From: the human T2T-CHM13v2.0 reference genome, Homo sapiens
Length of the DNA stretch: 64,000 bases
Assembly: GCF_009914755.1 (NCBI RefSeq)
Contig: NC_060928.1
Strand: one strand, 5' to 3'
Positions within the stretch are counted from its first letter, which is position 1. The number at the start of each line of letters is the position of its first letter. The notes under the pieces were generated by a model. It was not told where the DNA came from. It made no database searches and worked only from the letters and a program-made list of their open reading frames with translations. Shown here one piece after another: positions 13,329 to 28,653 of this stretch. Both the position numbers and the translations under genes were made by a program.

Positions 13329-15759
13329 TTTTTGGAAAAACAAATGCTGTTAAAATGCATTTCTAGCTTAGGTCACATAAAGGATCTGAAATGGGCATGT
13401 AAACAATGGCAAGTTTTTATATATATCAATTAACAGGTCTTGAAAAAAGTATTGACTCTACTGGCTTGTGTGAAATTTCCCTGAATGAAATCAGACAATG
13501 GTGTTCTCAGAAACAATGCATCTTAGAAGAGTTAATATCAGCCAAAGACATTATATCATACTAACTTCTCTCCCAATAAAATGCCTAGAAAACAATGTAT
13601 CTCTAACAAGAAAAAGTTCAATGCTGTGTTAACTGGCAATTCCATTTAAAATATTTTCAAACACATTCCCTAAGGTAACAAATATAATTATTAAAAGCCT
13701 AATAAATCTTTTAATAATCCAGAAAGAAACATTTAGAAGACATTAAGAAAGACATATTCAGAATTCAGACAGAAGCTCATAAAAGCTAACATAAAAAGCA
13801 GGTTAAAAATCAATTTCTACAAGAAAAATATAGACATATAATCAAACAAAAGGGGGAAATACATAACAAACACTAGACGAATGCAAATTTTCAAAGCTAT
13901 ATTTTACCAAATTTTAAAAGTTAACTTTAAAAGAAGAATTAACCTTGGTGGCAGCAAAATCCATGTCTGTGTGTCTGGCTGATTTGGGTTCAATTAAAAT
14001 CTTGGGTAGAGAACACTTAAGTGAAAATATAGGGCAAAAATAATTCCATACAAAATATAATGAATAAATAGAGCAAAATTTCGCATATAACCAAATTCCA
14101 ACATTTTAAGGAAGGTATTAATTTCAAGCTAATATCCAAATTTGTCTGGTAAGAAAAAGGTGAGCATGATCCCTATGATAGTGGTTGCCATTACTTCTAC
14201 TTTTGTGAGGCAGAATAGGTGGGACAGCTCTAGGGCTCTTCTGATTTTATTCTATCAATTATAAGAGGTCTGAGAACAGGAAATGAAAAAAGCTATGACC
14301 CTCAAGCCATCTAGCTCAAACGATTTCACTGGCATCTAGGATCTGATATATTTTGGATTGGGGAAGAGTAAACACAGGCAAAATTTGCATTGGATGTGAA
14401 GCTAATGGCCCTTCCACATAATTTTGCTGTAGGATATCAATTGATTCCCTGTTTCAGAGGAAGGATTGTTAAGCTAAAATGGTTTCAACCAGATCAAACA
14501 TTAAAGTAAGCAGAGTTTTTCAGTAGATTTGACTAGATTCTTCATTTACTATAAAGATCTGCCACACCCGAAATACCACCTGAAATTAGTTTTCTAGTTA
14601 AATCAGTATAGACTATGGATAAAAGAAGTTACGAAGACAACCCTCTTAATCTTGATCAATATTCAGAGATGACTACTCCCCATCACAAAAGCTAATTCGT
14701 TTTTCACATTTTTCTCTGCTCCTAATGAAATCTTTTTTGCTGAAGTTTCTGAAGAAATAAATAAAGAAGCCTGGTGCCTCTCAGAGTTCCACACAGCTGA
14801 TGAGTCTAGGCAGTGAAAAATGACACTATATTCCTCAGCGTGCAACCTTTCTCTCCCTCTCATCTTCTTGCAATGGAACACTGCTACATTCCTTGCAGAG
14901 GAAACGTACTGTACATTTCATAGCTGTCACCTTGGCATAAAAGGCAGAGGGAGGGGGAAATTCTTCTTTTGGTCTGCCTAAACATTTTACTTTATTTTTT
15001 ATATATCAATAACCATGAGAAACTATTGAGTAAGTTTAGATATAAAACAGAGAACTTTGTTTTGGAAGGCATTACTTTTCAAAGGAAATGCATCGTGGAG
15101 AGTGAGGAGTGAAGGGTCAATGTTTTCAAGAGCGATCGGAAGCTCCCTGCCTTGATATTCCTAATCTTCTTTCTGGCATCTTATGCTCACCAACTGCCTA
15201 ATAGTGGATGCATGTGGTTCTGCCCATCTGTCCAATTGCCATTCTAAATTATGTGGTTTACTAAGAAAATACTTAACATTATATGAATAATGTATAATTA
15301 ATTATAAGTAGTTTTTAAATCTTCAAGATTTATCTCATGAGTGAAATGGTTGCTTTGTTCTTAAGGAGAAAATTAATTTATTTCCCACGTATCCATGTAC
15401 AATAAGTAGTGCTGTTATAAACATATAAGAAAATGAGCTATCATGATAAGTATACAGCATAGAGTTAAGTTTATTAGAATACCCTCATATTCTATAATAT
15501 ACAAAATTACTAACGTGCAGTGAAATCATATAGAATTCTGAAGTAGTGAATTGTTTCCTTACTGTTTAACACATTCTTGCAGTTTGTCTTTTTAAAATTA
15601 AAATCAGGAATTCTGGGCAGTTAGTTGTTTTTGAAGACAATGTCATTTATCTTTGCTTTAAGAAGGAAACAGTCTACATTTAACGAACAATTCATTTTCT
15701 ACATATTAATTGAGCAGTGAAAATATGGTTGGCAGGTCTGAAGAACAGGGAAAAAGACA

Positions 15760-16190
15760 GTGTAGTTAGAGTGTAGTTGGAGGGTGGCATACAAGGAGAA
15801 AAGGGATAGGAAGTAAGAAGTTACTGAGGGCCAGATAATGTAGGGCCTTTAAAACACAGTAAAGATTTGCATTTCATTCTATGTATGATAAGAGGTCACT
15901 GGATGGTTGGGAGCAGAGGGGGATGTGATCTGGTTTCTTTCTTAAAAGAATTATTCCGACTGCTCAAGAATGGACTAGGTTGGGTGTCTAAGTGGAAGCA
16001 GGCAGATCAGTTCAGAGGTTAGGGAAGGAGTCCAGGTGAGAAATGATGAAGGCCTAGCCTAGGGTGGTAACAGTAGAGAAGGGAGACATGGTAAGACTGG
16101 GGATACATTTTGAATTACAGTGTAGGTAAAATTATTAGCTTAAGGGTTAGATATAAAAGGTATGAAAGGAAAAGGATCAAGGATATGTAT
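15760..16190 (-). mobile_element. L2 fragment
   Basis: ggccagataatgtagggcctt...gtccaggtgagaaatgatgaaggcctagcctagggtggtaacagtagag typical of L2 reverse strand. Confidence 0.65.
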
Positions 16191-16716
16191 GGTATATCTG
16201 CAAATGCTAGGAGACCAAAGTGAAATTTCACATAGTGAAATTACTGTGTTTCAGCAGTTAGGGATAACTTTTTGGAGTTCTGGAGGCTTGGGCTGGACTT
16301 TTTTGCATGGATAAAATTCAGACAGGAGACATAAAAGCCTTCTTAGTGGTAAGACAGTTATTAGATAATTGGGAAGTATTTTGAAGATACTTGTCTACCT
16401 AGAATGAAGAATTTTGTTGAGTATTTGAGAGCTATATGGCTGAAAAGAAAGAGGCCAGATAAAACAAGGCCCTGAGTAACAAGAGTAGGCCTTGGGCCTT
16501 GATTCTATAGAGAGTGCAAAACCACTGGCTAATTTTTTGTAACTAATCTGGCTAGAAATTTCCAGATTTCCAGCACACTATATTAAAGGAAGTACTGCCA
16601 AAAAACATTTCATGGATTCCAAAAATAGAGATCAATGTAGATGAATTTATAAGATGAATGAACTCTGGGAAGACCAAGCAGATTTCTGAAACAACACTAC
16701 CATATATTTCATTATA

Positions 16717-16727
16717 TACACACACAG

Positions 16728-16765
<38 letters not shown>
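16717..16765. repeat. (CA)n microsatellite in intron 4
   Basis: Direct reading of an interrupted CA run. Confidence 0.95.
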
Positions 16766-16766
<1 letters not shown>

Positions 16767-17534
16767 ATACCCTGAACATACCCTACACCCTACATAATAC
16801 TTATATATACACGTTAGTGCTCTGCAGTTAATTTTTATAAAGGCACCAATTAGTTTCTAATAAGAAAAAGAAATGTGTAAAGAAGAGAAGAAATTTCATT
16901 CTCTCCATGAAGAATAAAAAACACAAATATTTGTTAGCTGTAACAAATATACATTTTTTTCTCAAATCATTTCATGATATTTATCACATGAAAAATGGGT
17001 ACTTTGGGGAGATTTTCTCCTAAAGCCTTCATTTTTTCATATATAGTGAGATCTAAACAACCAATTTCTATTTACAGTTGAATTCTACTTCCAAAAACAT
17101 ACAACTATGACTCAATCCTTGTTACCTTTCAATAAACTGTTAAGCCCAAAGATATAACTTATTTTAAAATGTGAACCTAGACATTTGGGATGATCAGGCA
17201 TGCTAGTTACTATTAAGAATAGCAGTATGTACTAATAAAATGGTATTCAGAGATTATAAGGGAAGCACTAATGAATAAAAATGACCCAAACTATATATAA
17301 AGTCTTTGTTCATACACAAAATAAACACATGCACTATGGATGGGGTTCTCTAACGACAGTAGAAGTAAACGGGCAGCTAAAGAGTGTATCAAAAACTGCA
17401 CTTTTACAGTTTCCTATATATCGTCAGACAGGTTAACAAAAGTATCGAAAAGTTGGCATACTGTGGATAAAGTACATTAAAATGAGAAAGGCAAAGTTTT
17501 AAGGATATATGAAAATGAAAGGATGGCAACTAGT

Positions 17535-17911
17535 ATGGTCGAAATTCATGTGATAAATCGTAATAACCAACGTGATAGTATTAAGTGGTGGGGCCTTGCA
17601 GAGGTAATAAAGTCACGGGGGCAGAGCCCTGACAAGTGGAATTGGTAACATTATGAAAGGCCTTGAGGGAGTGAGTTGGCCCTTTCTATCTCTCTACCAT
17701 GTGAGAACACAGCATTTGGCCCTCTGGAGGATACAGTGACAAGACACCATCTTGGGAGTAGAGAACCGGCCCTCGCCAGATACTGAACCTGGAGACAAAT
17801 GCCTTGATCTTGGAGTTCCCAGCCTCCAGAGCTATGAGAAATAAATTTCTGTTGTTTGTAAATTACCCAGTCTCATGTATTTTGTTATAACAGCACAAAC
17901 AGATTAAGACA
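17535..17911 (+). mobile_element. MaLR LTR (MSTC/MSTD/MLT1A-like)
   Basis: ccttgatcttggagttcccagcctccaga...aataaatttctgttgtttgtaaattacccagtctc...taagaca end. Confidence 0.8.
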
Positions 17912-18476
17912 ACAGCTTTCTCAGAGCCCAAAACATTTATAATAGTAAGAATTTGCAAAATCAAACAATGAGTAAGGCCTCAAATGATCAGCTGTACTTG
18001 CTAAAAATGAAAGAACAACTAAATCACTCAATTCACTTGGGCAAGACAATCCATTATTCGTCTAAAATTTTTGTTAATAATTTTCTGATTTACTATCTAA
18101 TAGTACTGGATACCATACAACCAATTACTCCTACAAATTTTTTTGTTAATAGTTCTCTGTTTTGCTTTTTAATAATACTGGATACCAATACTGGATATCC
18201 AAAATGGTTTGATAGTTGGGAACAAAGGGGATAAAGGAAAGAAATGTACTATAACCAGAGATTTTTGAAAAATAATGAGACTGTATGTACTATGATACTT
18301 CACTCAGAAAACCTCACTTCAAACTTAATGGGAAGAGAAAAAGATTGGGGAAGAAGTCTTCAAGCACAGTCCATAATATTGATAGATAGACTCCTACACA
18401 TATTAATGGTTGACAGCTAGATGTCAATGCCTAGAGCACAACAAATAGGTCTTATATATCACTATATTTTTTATGA

Positions 18477-18790
<314 letters not shown>

Positions 18791-21700
18791 GGTGTAGTAT
18801 TTTATACACAGCATGCATCAACAAAATGGATCAGATGGATGGGTGGACAAATGGATAATTGAAAGAATAAATAGCAGAAATGATAACTCTAACTTTTAAG
18901 AGTCTATCAAGCTAAAATGACTTTTGAATCAGTCGAATGAATGTACGTGGGAACTGGGAACTTAAGAAAGAGAAGGAGCATAAATTGCAATTGTGGCTAA
19001 AGCAGCAGAATGCTTATTTACATAAGTTTTAACCAGTGCGGAATATTGTAATTACCATTTATGTTGTTTTTTTATGAATCCAGTACATGCTTATTAAAGG
19101 GAATTGGAGAAAATAAAAATAAGAAAGGAACGCAATAATCCAGACTGTAATCTAGGACCCAGTAATAGTTACTTAGTTGCAAAATTTCCTCAAGGGCAAT
19201 ATGAGAGAGACCATTTTGTGCTTGTTGCCATGCTGGGGGTGCCTACTGGCGTTAAAGAGGTAAGGCCCAGGGCTTGTAAACATCCTACAATGAATGAGAG
19301 TTCTCCACAGCGAAGAATTACCCAGCCCAAAATGCAAAATGGGCTTCACTGAGAAAAACTGAGTACCTTGTGCATTTATTCCACGTCTTTATATGTACAT
19401 AAGCCACATACAGGTTTTTAAAAAATAAAAATATTATGCTGCACAAACTGCTTTGTAATTTGTTCTTTTCACATACTGCAACAATAGCATCCTTCCACAC
19501 CATTAATAATTATTCTACAACATTTTAATGGCTGTTCAGCAAACCACTGCATGGATCAACCATAATGCATTTAATGAGGTCCCTATGATCAAACTTCTAG
19601 CACTATTTTTTTCAATTTTGTTTTATAATCAATTCTGTGATAAACATCTTCATATTTAAACTTATGATCATATTTAAATTCTTAGACATGCGACTGGTCA
19701 GAGCATGCATAATTTCAATGCTTTTGATAGACTTCCAACATGTCCTCAAAAATGACTTTTATTAGTTTATTCTCTAACCATATTGTTCTGATTGATGGAC
19801 ATCTCTAACATAAAGTTGCTGAAAATATGAAACATCAGCTGAGGCACTGTGACCCTGGGAACTGGCTGGTCCCTTCCTAGCCCACATCTTAGTAGAAGAT
19901 GCAAGGGTTATTGTGGAATACGTCCGCGGGTTAAAAACCATGTATCAATTCTAAATTCCAAGTGCCAGACCCTTTCATTACCTTTCATTAGCGAAGTATA
20001 AAAAGAAAGAGGGAGAAGGGATTTTCAAGGAAAGTAATAAGAAGGGAAGTATTAGTGGAACATTAGAGTTTGTCTCTGGTCCTTCCTCTGAGTGGGGACT
20101 CATGAGGCTTGGTGTTGTCTGAAAGCAGGAAGGACTTGGGTCTTACTCCCTGGTAGGATGCAGCCTGAGGAGCAAGGCCGGCAGTCACAGTGTGAGCAAA
20201 CATTCATACAGACGTGGGGGCTGACATATCAAGTTGGAGAATGTATGCTCACTTCCTGTCACCCCCATACACCCTGATTCCCAAGAGTTGAGGCAGTTGT
20301 GGTAGGGGTTCTTAGGTTTCCCATGGGCTCAGATTAGGCCTCGGACGGAAGTGAAGGCAGTGGCTGGCTGGGTGAAATATGGCGGACAGAGTCGGTGAGT
20401 AACAGGAGAGCATGTTATCCCTTTTAGACCCCTGAAGTATTAGAGAGGATCAGCCAGGCACGTTTAGACCATATGATGTATCATATTGTAGATTCACCCC
20501 AAGGCATTTGTGGCTGTGCAGTAAAAGTGCAGGATGAAACCAGACTCTCTGAAGGGTAGGGATATTCCCGTCCCTATCCCTCATCTTTTCCCCCTTTGCA
20601 GATAAACCATCCCACTTGCAAATGAACTTGGGAGGAGGGGGCTTTGAACTGTGCTTGGGGTTGTTTCTCCTCTGGAAATGCTTCCATTCTAAAAAGTTCT
20701 GGCATAGGGAATTGGCCTAAGGAAAAACTCTGCCCTCCTTCCCCTTAATGGACTGTCCTGCCTTTGAGTGTGAGTAAAAGGGGCTGAGATCATTCATCAG
20801 CCAATTTTACAGCTGCAATCTACTTAGACCTGCCCCCATCTAGGTCACCAAGGATCTTTGTCAGCATTTGGTACAAAGCCTATGTGAATGAAGATGGTCA
20901 TTTCTTTGGTGTTGTCCCAAGAAATGTAACAGAAAATGACTATAAAAGAATGGATTCTGATATGGGATGCTGAGTCCTGATAATCTCTCTAAATGTCTTT
21001 CATCTAGGACCTGCAATCAGCCATTATTAAGAAAAAGAGAAAAAGATTGCAGGGGACAGTTCCAATTAACCTGTGGCATCCCAAATCTGTGTTTTACTGA
21101 ACACCTAGAACTATTCTCCATGGGTTTGGCGTCAAAGAGGCATTAGGAAAGATGGTAACTATTCCTCTTACATACAATATTAAGGCCTTTGAGATTTGCT
21201 TCAGCTTAACAGAGATACTTTTAAACTTTGTTAATTTAAATGTTTCCCAAAATTATTTGAGCAGAGAATCCATTCTAATTATACCATGTGCATAATACTC
21301 AATGGAATCACATGACTTTGGGGAAATCAGAGGAAAACTAATAGTGATTACATTTTATTTAGCTAAATAAAACGGCATGTTCAGTGATGCTTTTCCCTCT
21401 TTGTGTTATACAATTTACTTACTTAATATCATCAAACTACAAAGGAATATGGAAAAGATTTTCTGTGATCATGTATCGACACACTTCTTAGAGAAAATGT
21501 AAGTTCTTGGCAAAATATTACAACTGTATAATGCACTACAATTTTTAAAAATCTTTTGTCTGCATTATCTTATTTCATTCACACTCCAACCCTGGGCAGT
21601 TGGCTGGCCAGTTACAGATGAGTAGCTATGGTTTAGAAAGGTTACATGAGTTGCCAGGGATCTGGCAACGCATAATTGAATACATTGTCTTAAGATTCAA

Positions 21701-23424
21701 GCTATTAAACACAGACTGAAAGCATTTTGAACTCATTTAATTCAACATTTTTATTTCACAGATAAGAAAACTCATGCTTAGAGAGGGGAGATGACATCAT
21801 CCAGTAGAGTGAGAGAGAGAAGACCAACTCTCTGTTCCCTGAATTCAAGCCCATGCCCTCCACACCATGCCATGTTTTCCCTGTATATGACCAAACAAAA
21901 TGGTGCAGTTAAACCACGAGCCGTCATGCACAGGAGGGCCAGCTGGCCATCATGCTGGATCAAACAGCAGATATAGACCATCTCTAGCAGAACACTTGTG
22001 AATTGCCTTTGTTTCAAACTCATAAATGTTAGTATACCTTTGTAGGAGGACTACCATGAAAGATGAATTGCCACTATAAGCAGTCATTCGTATTTAGTGG
22101 AGATTATCTTTTAAAGGTGCCTACTTTAGATATGTCATAATATTAGAAATTAAGGATGAAGTATTTCTATCTATCTATGCTTTGTAGGACAATTACATTA
22201 ATCCCAAAGTTACGTGACATAAGTAGGAAGCACATGCCTCTTCTGATATATAGCAAATAATATATACTCAATCCACTGAGCAAAAATTGGAACCTCAAGG
22301 CAAAGCTGTATGTACAACCTCAGAAAATCTGTGTGGCATGAAATACCGTAACGTACACTGAAAGGGCAATTTTCGATTTTTGTGAGGATTCCCAATAGCC
22401 AAATAGAAAAAAAGTGTGTATACATGTGAATTGGAGATGACTTGATATTAAGGATTGTCAGACTTATGTCACCCCATTGTAAGCATAGATAGTTAAAATC
22501 TATTTGATTTCATTAAATTAAAAGTGTACATTATTCATCACAATCCATAATGTAACTGAATTCATTCCTATGAACTGAATTCCAATTAGATTTATCATAT
22601 TGTTGTTGTGAACACCAGAGAAAAGTAGGACAGTCCCACATCTAAGCAGGAAGATAAAATATATATCCGTTCTTTATTTCCATTTTTTCACTTACTTGTT
22701 CAATAAATAATCTATTTATTCAACAAGCATAATTTCTGGCTCAGTATTCTTTGCATTAGTATTCACTATGACATTAATAAGAATTAAATGCTACTTTGGA
22801 ATTTTCACAGGTAACTGCTTAGTGATTCCAGAATCACCTGGTAGAAGGGGATATTTAAATTGCAACTTAAAAATCCAAATGTTGTTAAAAGTTTTAATAA
22901 AATTTCTTATAAAAATTACTTCATATACGAGTTGACAAATTGTTCATTTTCTCCTTGTAGAAGAACAATTAAATTGATGAGATGTATCATCTAACTCTCA
23001 TACACATAATTATATATTTGCATGACAAATACAATTGGCATCTCATTTACCTCATTTCTGTACCCTTGAATATCACGTAAACATATTTTGTCCTGATTTT
23101 TAAATACTTTGAATAGTTTGAGAACCAAAAGACCTCTTTTGACAATTTCCTCTTGATAAAGCAAATAGCATCATCAATGTCTCCCTAAAACTTAAAAGCT
23201 AACAGCCTATGCTTGAAGGGGCAGAAAAGTCAAGTTATTTCTTACTTTTTAGGGACAAACAGGTTGTTTATCATTGTAGTTGGAGACAAGATATATGGAA
23301 TAATATATAAACACATCTTATCCTATTTATGCCCGTCACCTAAACATATAAGTGCTATTTTTCCAAGTTTATTATCAAATTACAAAGTGGAAATATGGCT
23401 CAGATGGTAATAGAGGTAAAAACA

Positions 23425-23700
23425 AACCTAAGTCATGTAAGATGAGTAAGTCTAAAGATCTAATGTACAACATGAAGATTATTGTTAATAATATTGTAGT
23501 GCATACTGGTAATTTTTCAAGAAAGTAGATTTTAGGCACTGATAGTAAAAAAGCAAAGATAACCATATGATGATGGGTATGTTAATTTGCTTCAATGTAG
23601 GAATCACTTTTATATACGTGTGTATATTATATATATATATAAATAAAGATAAGTATCTCAAAACATCATGCTGTACAACTTAAATGTATACAATTAAAAA
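23425..23700 (+). mobile_element. L1M 3' end fragment
   Basis: taagtctaaagatctaatgtacaacatga...gtagattttaggcact...aacatcatgctgtacaacttaaat. Confidence 0.7.
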
Positions 23701-26700
23701 TAATTTTACAATACAACTAAGTTTGAAGTCATCCTACATTTAACAGTATCTCATTAATGAAACCAGCAAAATTATCATGCCATCTTTGCAAGTGAAGGAA
23801 TACTAACAATAGACGTTAGCACATGCACAGTAAAAATGGGTTCACAGAAGTGTGGTCATTGCTCTCACGTTGCAGTCCACAGAATTTTAAGCTATGTTAA
23901 ACATTTATGAAGGAACAAGGGAAGTGCACAAATATGATTTAAACCTATTTGTTGGTGTAACCTGATGCAGTTCTATCCCACTCATCCTATAATACATTTC
24001 TTTGACAAACAAAACTATCATCGCAATCAGTTCTTTGAATATTAAAATTGGATGTATAGTCATGCATATGTTGTGGGATTGTAATGCTTACAGACTATTA
24101 ACCACTGATCCTAAGATTTGGGTGGAAGTATTTGTCTCTATATCTAAGCAGCTAAAATATCATGGCTACTATCTGTGCGTGTATGTGAGGTAATTTCAGT
24201 CTACTGACAAAAACACAATTTAATGTATGATATTTATTGAGAGCATCAGCCTCTCTCATTTCTAAGATAAATCTCTTTTTTTCCATGATGGATATATACT
24301 TGTAACAAACCATATTGTTCTCAGAGACCACAGCTGCTCCCTTTTTCCCAGGGTAAATATGTCAGTCTCCCGGCCTGAACTGCCCATTTCTTGAAGGCAG
24401 GAGCCACCCATATGTTACTCAGTTTTGTATTTCTCATGGTGCCCAGCTGAGTGTCTGGCACATATTAAGTACTCAGTTAATGATTTTTAATGAAAACATA
24501 GCAGTAAGCCTATTTTCCTTATAATTTTATACATAATTACAGAGTACTTTCCCACCTAGAACCTTACAGGATTAAGGGTCATTAGAATTCACTATTCATC
24601 CATCTTGAACCCAGTGAAATTTTGTCAGATACAAAGAAAGGCCATAATAATTGTGTTTCTAAGTGGGGACAGTTTATGTACCATTAGTGGGCTCTCATAT
24701 GAGTGAGAAATACCAACTTTTACATACCACATTGCAAAATGTCACTGTTACATACCTTTAGAAACAAATCAATCTTAAATTTTTCTTTAATAATCACAGT
24801 ATGCTTTAATCTAAGATTATAGTGCCAGTAATAGTATATGCCACTCGAAACACAAATACAAATCAGGCAATTCATTGTGTCTCAAAGCTTTTAATTTAGG
24901 TCTAAATATACCTAATAGTCATCTGGTTATCTTCTGAAGTCAAGCACAAGGACAAGAACCAAACTTTTAATTATTTGAGGCAATGTATTATATTAACAAT
25001 TATTAGACACTTAAGGGGAAAGCTTACTATAAATTAAAATATTTCTCCAGTCCTGACATCTCTTATTACTACCTTGTTATAAAATTATTTTAAGATTATG
25101 CCTGTGACCTGTGTGTGCTTCTTCAAAGAAATCTGAAATGTTGCCTGTGACCTGTGCTTGTTTGTGAAATCAACATTAAATGATTCAGCTGATGGCAACA
25201 TACATCATCTGATTAATCATTTAATCAGAGGGTCCATAACACTCAAGTGTTTAAAAATAAATTTTCATGAAGCCCAACATGACAGCCATAGTAAGTCAAA
25301 GGAAATGAGTAAAAGGATACTTAGATATTATATTCACGATGTCAAACCTGACATTTTAAAACCTGCTTTTTTTTTATTCATCTAGCACACAACTGGCTAG
25401 CTATCCTTTTATGAATTAAGTCAGGATTATTACAGAATATACACGTGTCAATCCATTTGAAATCAAGATTTAAAAAAAGTTGTTCATAATATATTGATGT
25501 AATTTTTCCAAAATGGCATTGCTTAGGAACTTCATTCTGATTTTGAACAACAATAAATAACATCGCTGAACCTGGATGTTTTAAGTATCCAAGGCAACAG
25601 ACATTTCAAGCTTATTTCTTGAGTGAAAACTATTAATCATCATGTAGATAAGTCGTGTCTCAATGGGATATGATAACGAAGCTGACTGCTGTATTATTTG
25701 TCAGGCAGTGGCTTCACAGTTTATTCAGGACTTTTGCTCTCTAAAACTCCAGAAAATTACAAAAATATAAAAACTTCAGGATCCAACTCTTTTAGAGCAT
25801 TCCATGTGGCATGAAAGAGATGCTCATTAGTTCAGCAAGGATTTATTTGAGCACCAGCCACAAGCAAGACACTGTTGAGGAGCTGGGATAGACCAAGTGT
25901 TCTAGTGGCTACTCCACACTGCACGCATAGTAGCATTACAGAATAACGCTGATTCAAGTCACTTTCTTTGTACAATATTCTTAGAACAAGCAGATCTTTC
26001 TTCTTCAATAGAAGTAGGAAATATAAATTTTCTCTATATAACATCACTGTTGCTTTGCACTTAAAATTTCTGCCAGTGCACTTTTAACCTGTTTCTACTC
26101 TGCCAATGAAAGGTATGAACTTCAAGAAATGAATTGTATGACTGATAACTTCTTATGTGCACATGAGTAAAAATATGGATCAAAAGATCTATTATTCTAA
26201 TGTACTAAACACAAGAGTTAATATTGTTCTGTAAAACAAAATCTTATAATTCAAGATAACTCATTTGTCCTTTAACTAGTCTTATACTTAGAAATTATTA
26301 CTAAGGGCAGCTACATTCATATGATCAAATTAACAAAACAGGTATCTGCTTTGATTTACTCTCGATTTATTGGTTGTTCAGAATTATGTCATTTAATTTC
26401 CACCTATTTGTGAAGGGAGAGGGAACTTTCCCTCCCTCATCAACTAGAGGGTGATGGACCAGATACCCTCAAAGGGCATGAAAGGTGAAAACCGGTGCCA
26501 TTACTCCCTTTCAGTGTTCCTGATCTTAAAAGCAGAGCCATTAATCCACTTCTACAAGCTAGACATCCAGTACCCCTACTTGTCACATCCCTCTTCCTCC
26601 AAGTTTCTGGCACAGTGTGAGCAAACATTCTTTCTTGAATGATGAATGAGTGTCTCAATGCAGTCATTAATAAGCATTTCAAGCAAAAAGAGTTTGCTTA

Positions 26701-28422
26701 TTTCTATTTACCAGGGTCATTTTGATCAAAGTTTAAAAAATGAAATAAATTATTTCAAAGTTCATAATGAACAAATTAAATACTTTCATTGAAACCATCC
26801 AGATTTTTTAGCATCCCATAGATGTGACCACAATTGCAGACATTTATTAGAGTATTCTTTGAATTATTATAGAAACTCAGAACTTTATTGCTAAATTAGA
26901 CTTCAACAATTTTCTAGTAGAGCTTCCTCATTTTATGAGAAAGACTTTTAGGAGATCTGCAAAAGGTTATCCAGTCAGGTGGTGTATGAGCAGAGAGGAA
27001 GACTAGCCATTTTCACTCTCAGTCCAATGTTTATTTCCACAACTATGCTGCAATTTCTAGGTTCTATGGCTTCATTTTCATATTAGAAATCAGTAAGAAA
27101 CTATACTACCTATAAGGGAAATATCTCCAAATGATTAATTTTGTCACATCACTTAGATTTCTGCTTTAAATATTAAAATAAATAGAAGTATTTTTAGATG
27201 GGTGGAAAGCAAACCCAGTTTTGTAAAAGATTAAGCACTTTCATGCTCCATTTGCAATTTATATTGTATGCCTTAAATGCAGGTGAATAAAAGACGGTAC
27301 ATGTTTCCCTGTTGCTTAATATTCTGAAGCAATAAAATCCTCTAGTTAAATCTAGTTGTCCATAACTGAATGTATAAAGACCCAAAGGAAGGTAAGTTTT
27401 GAGGAAGTGCTTGGGGAAGTGATATAGTGGCTGGAAAAGTACTACTGGTGTCCAGTCTATTCCAAATGACTGTGCAATCTTGGACTACCCACTTCCTCTG
27501 TAGATTTCTGTTTCCTCATCTCTACAATCAGAAGATTGATCTGAACAGAGGGTCTGTCAATGGACTTCCCATTAAGCTCTTTGATGTGCGTATGTGAGTG
27601 CGCATTTTTCTGAAGCTAAGAGGGTCTATAGCTTCTATTAGCCCGTGAAAAGGGTCGGAGACACAAAACTGATTAATTGCCTGTGTACTAATTTAATCTG
27701 AGGTCCCTCTTAACTTGTGAAATCTTACGAAGCTATAAATAGAATTAAAATTTTAGATGGAAACCAGGAATTAATATAATTATTATCCCTAATAAGATTA
27801 TTTGAAAAGCATATTTTGTACAAAGGGGTACCACCATGACCAACCATGCATTCAAGCATTAGCTGAAGAACTTCACTAGAAGCCCAGTAAGGATTTGCCA
27901 TCATTAGCATCCATTGCACCAGACACTAGACATGTAAGTACATGTAGTAAATCTAAATATATCACAGATATTTTTGTTCTGCCTTTTTATTATCAGAGTT
28001 TTAATGGGCTATCAAGGTAAGGCTGCTACTTAGGATTACATGAAGTGGAAACAACCCAGAATAGTTTGCCAGCAAATAAAACTTCTTTCTCACAATTTTC
28101 AAGATATTCATCCAAAATCATTTTGATTGTAACTTTTGGATAGCTGAATAGCACTGTTCTTATACTAAGCATATGATTATAAAAGACCCAGAAATGAAAG
28201 TTGTTGTGCTTACTCACTTCCTTCCCTCCTTAATTTAATAAATGTTTGTTAATTGTCTACTGTAAGTTGGAAACTCTCCCAGACACTTGTGAAATATCAA
28301 TGAACAAAATAAATATATTTCACTCTCATGGTGCCTACATTCTAGAAGGGAGAAATAAAATAAAAATCATACATTAAAGTAAGCACATTATGTATTATAT
28401 TTAAAGGTGAATAACACTTTGG

Positions 28423-28653
28423 CAAAGAAAGGAAAAAGAAAGAAAAGGAAAGAAGGAAGGAAGGAAGCAAGAAAGAAAAAAGAGAAAGAAAGAAAGGGAG
28501 GAAGGAAGGGAGGGAGAGAGGGAGGAAGGAAGGAAGGGAGAAAGGAAGGAAGGAAGGGAAAAGAAAGAAAGGAAAGAAAGTAAAGAAAGAAAGAAAAGAG
28601 AGAAAGAAGGAAAGAAAGAAAGAAAAAGAAAAAGAAAGAAAGAAGGAAAAAAA
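28423..28653. repeat. SNCA intron-4 CT-rich low-complexity region (GAAA/GGAA on + strand)
   Basis: About 230 bp near-pure purine tract ~850 bp into intron 4; position agrees with the recalled intron-4 CT-rich haplotype region. Confidence 0.9.

Noticed and set aside
20080-20740. GC-richer intronic block as a hidden exon or gene
   Set aside because: No convincing ORF or splice-site pair; more likely an old LTR remnant that I cannot classify
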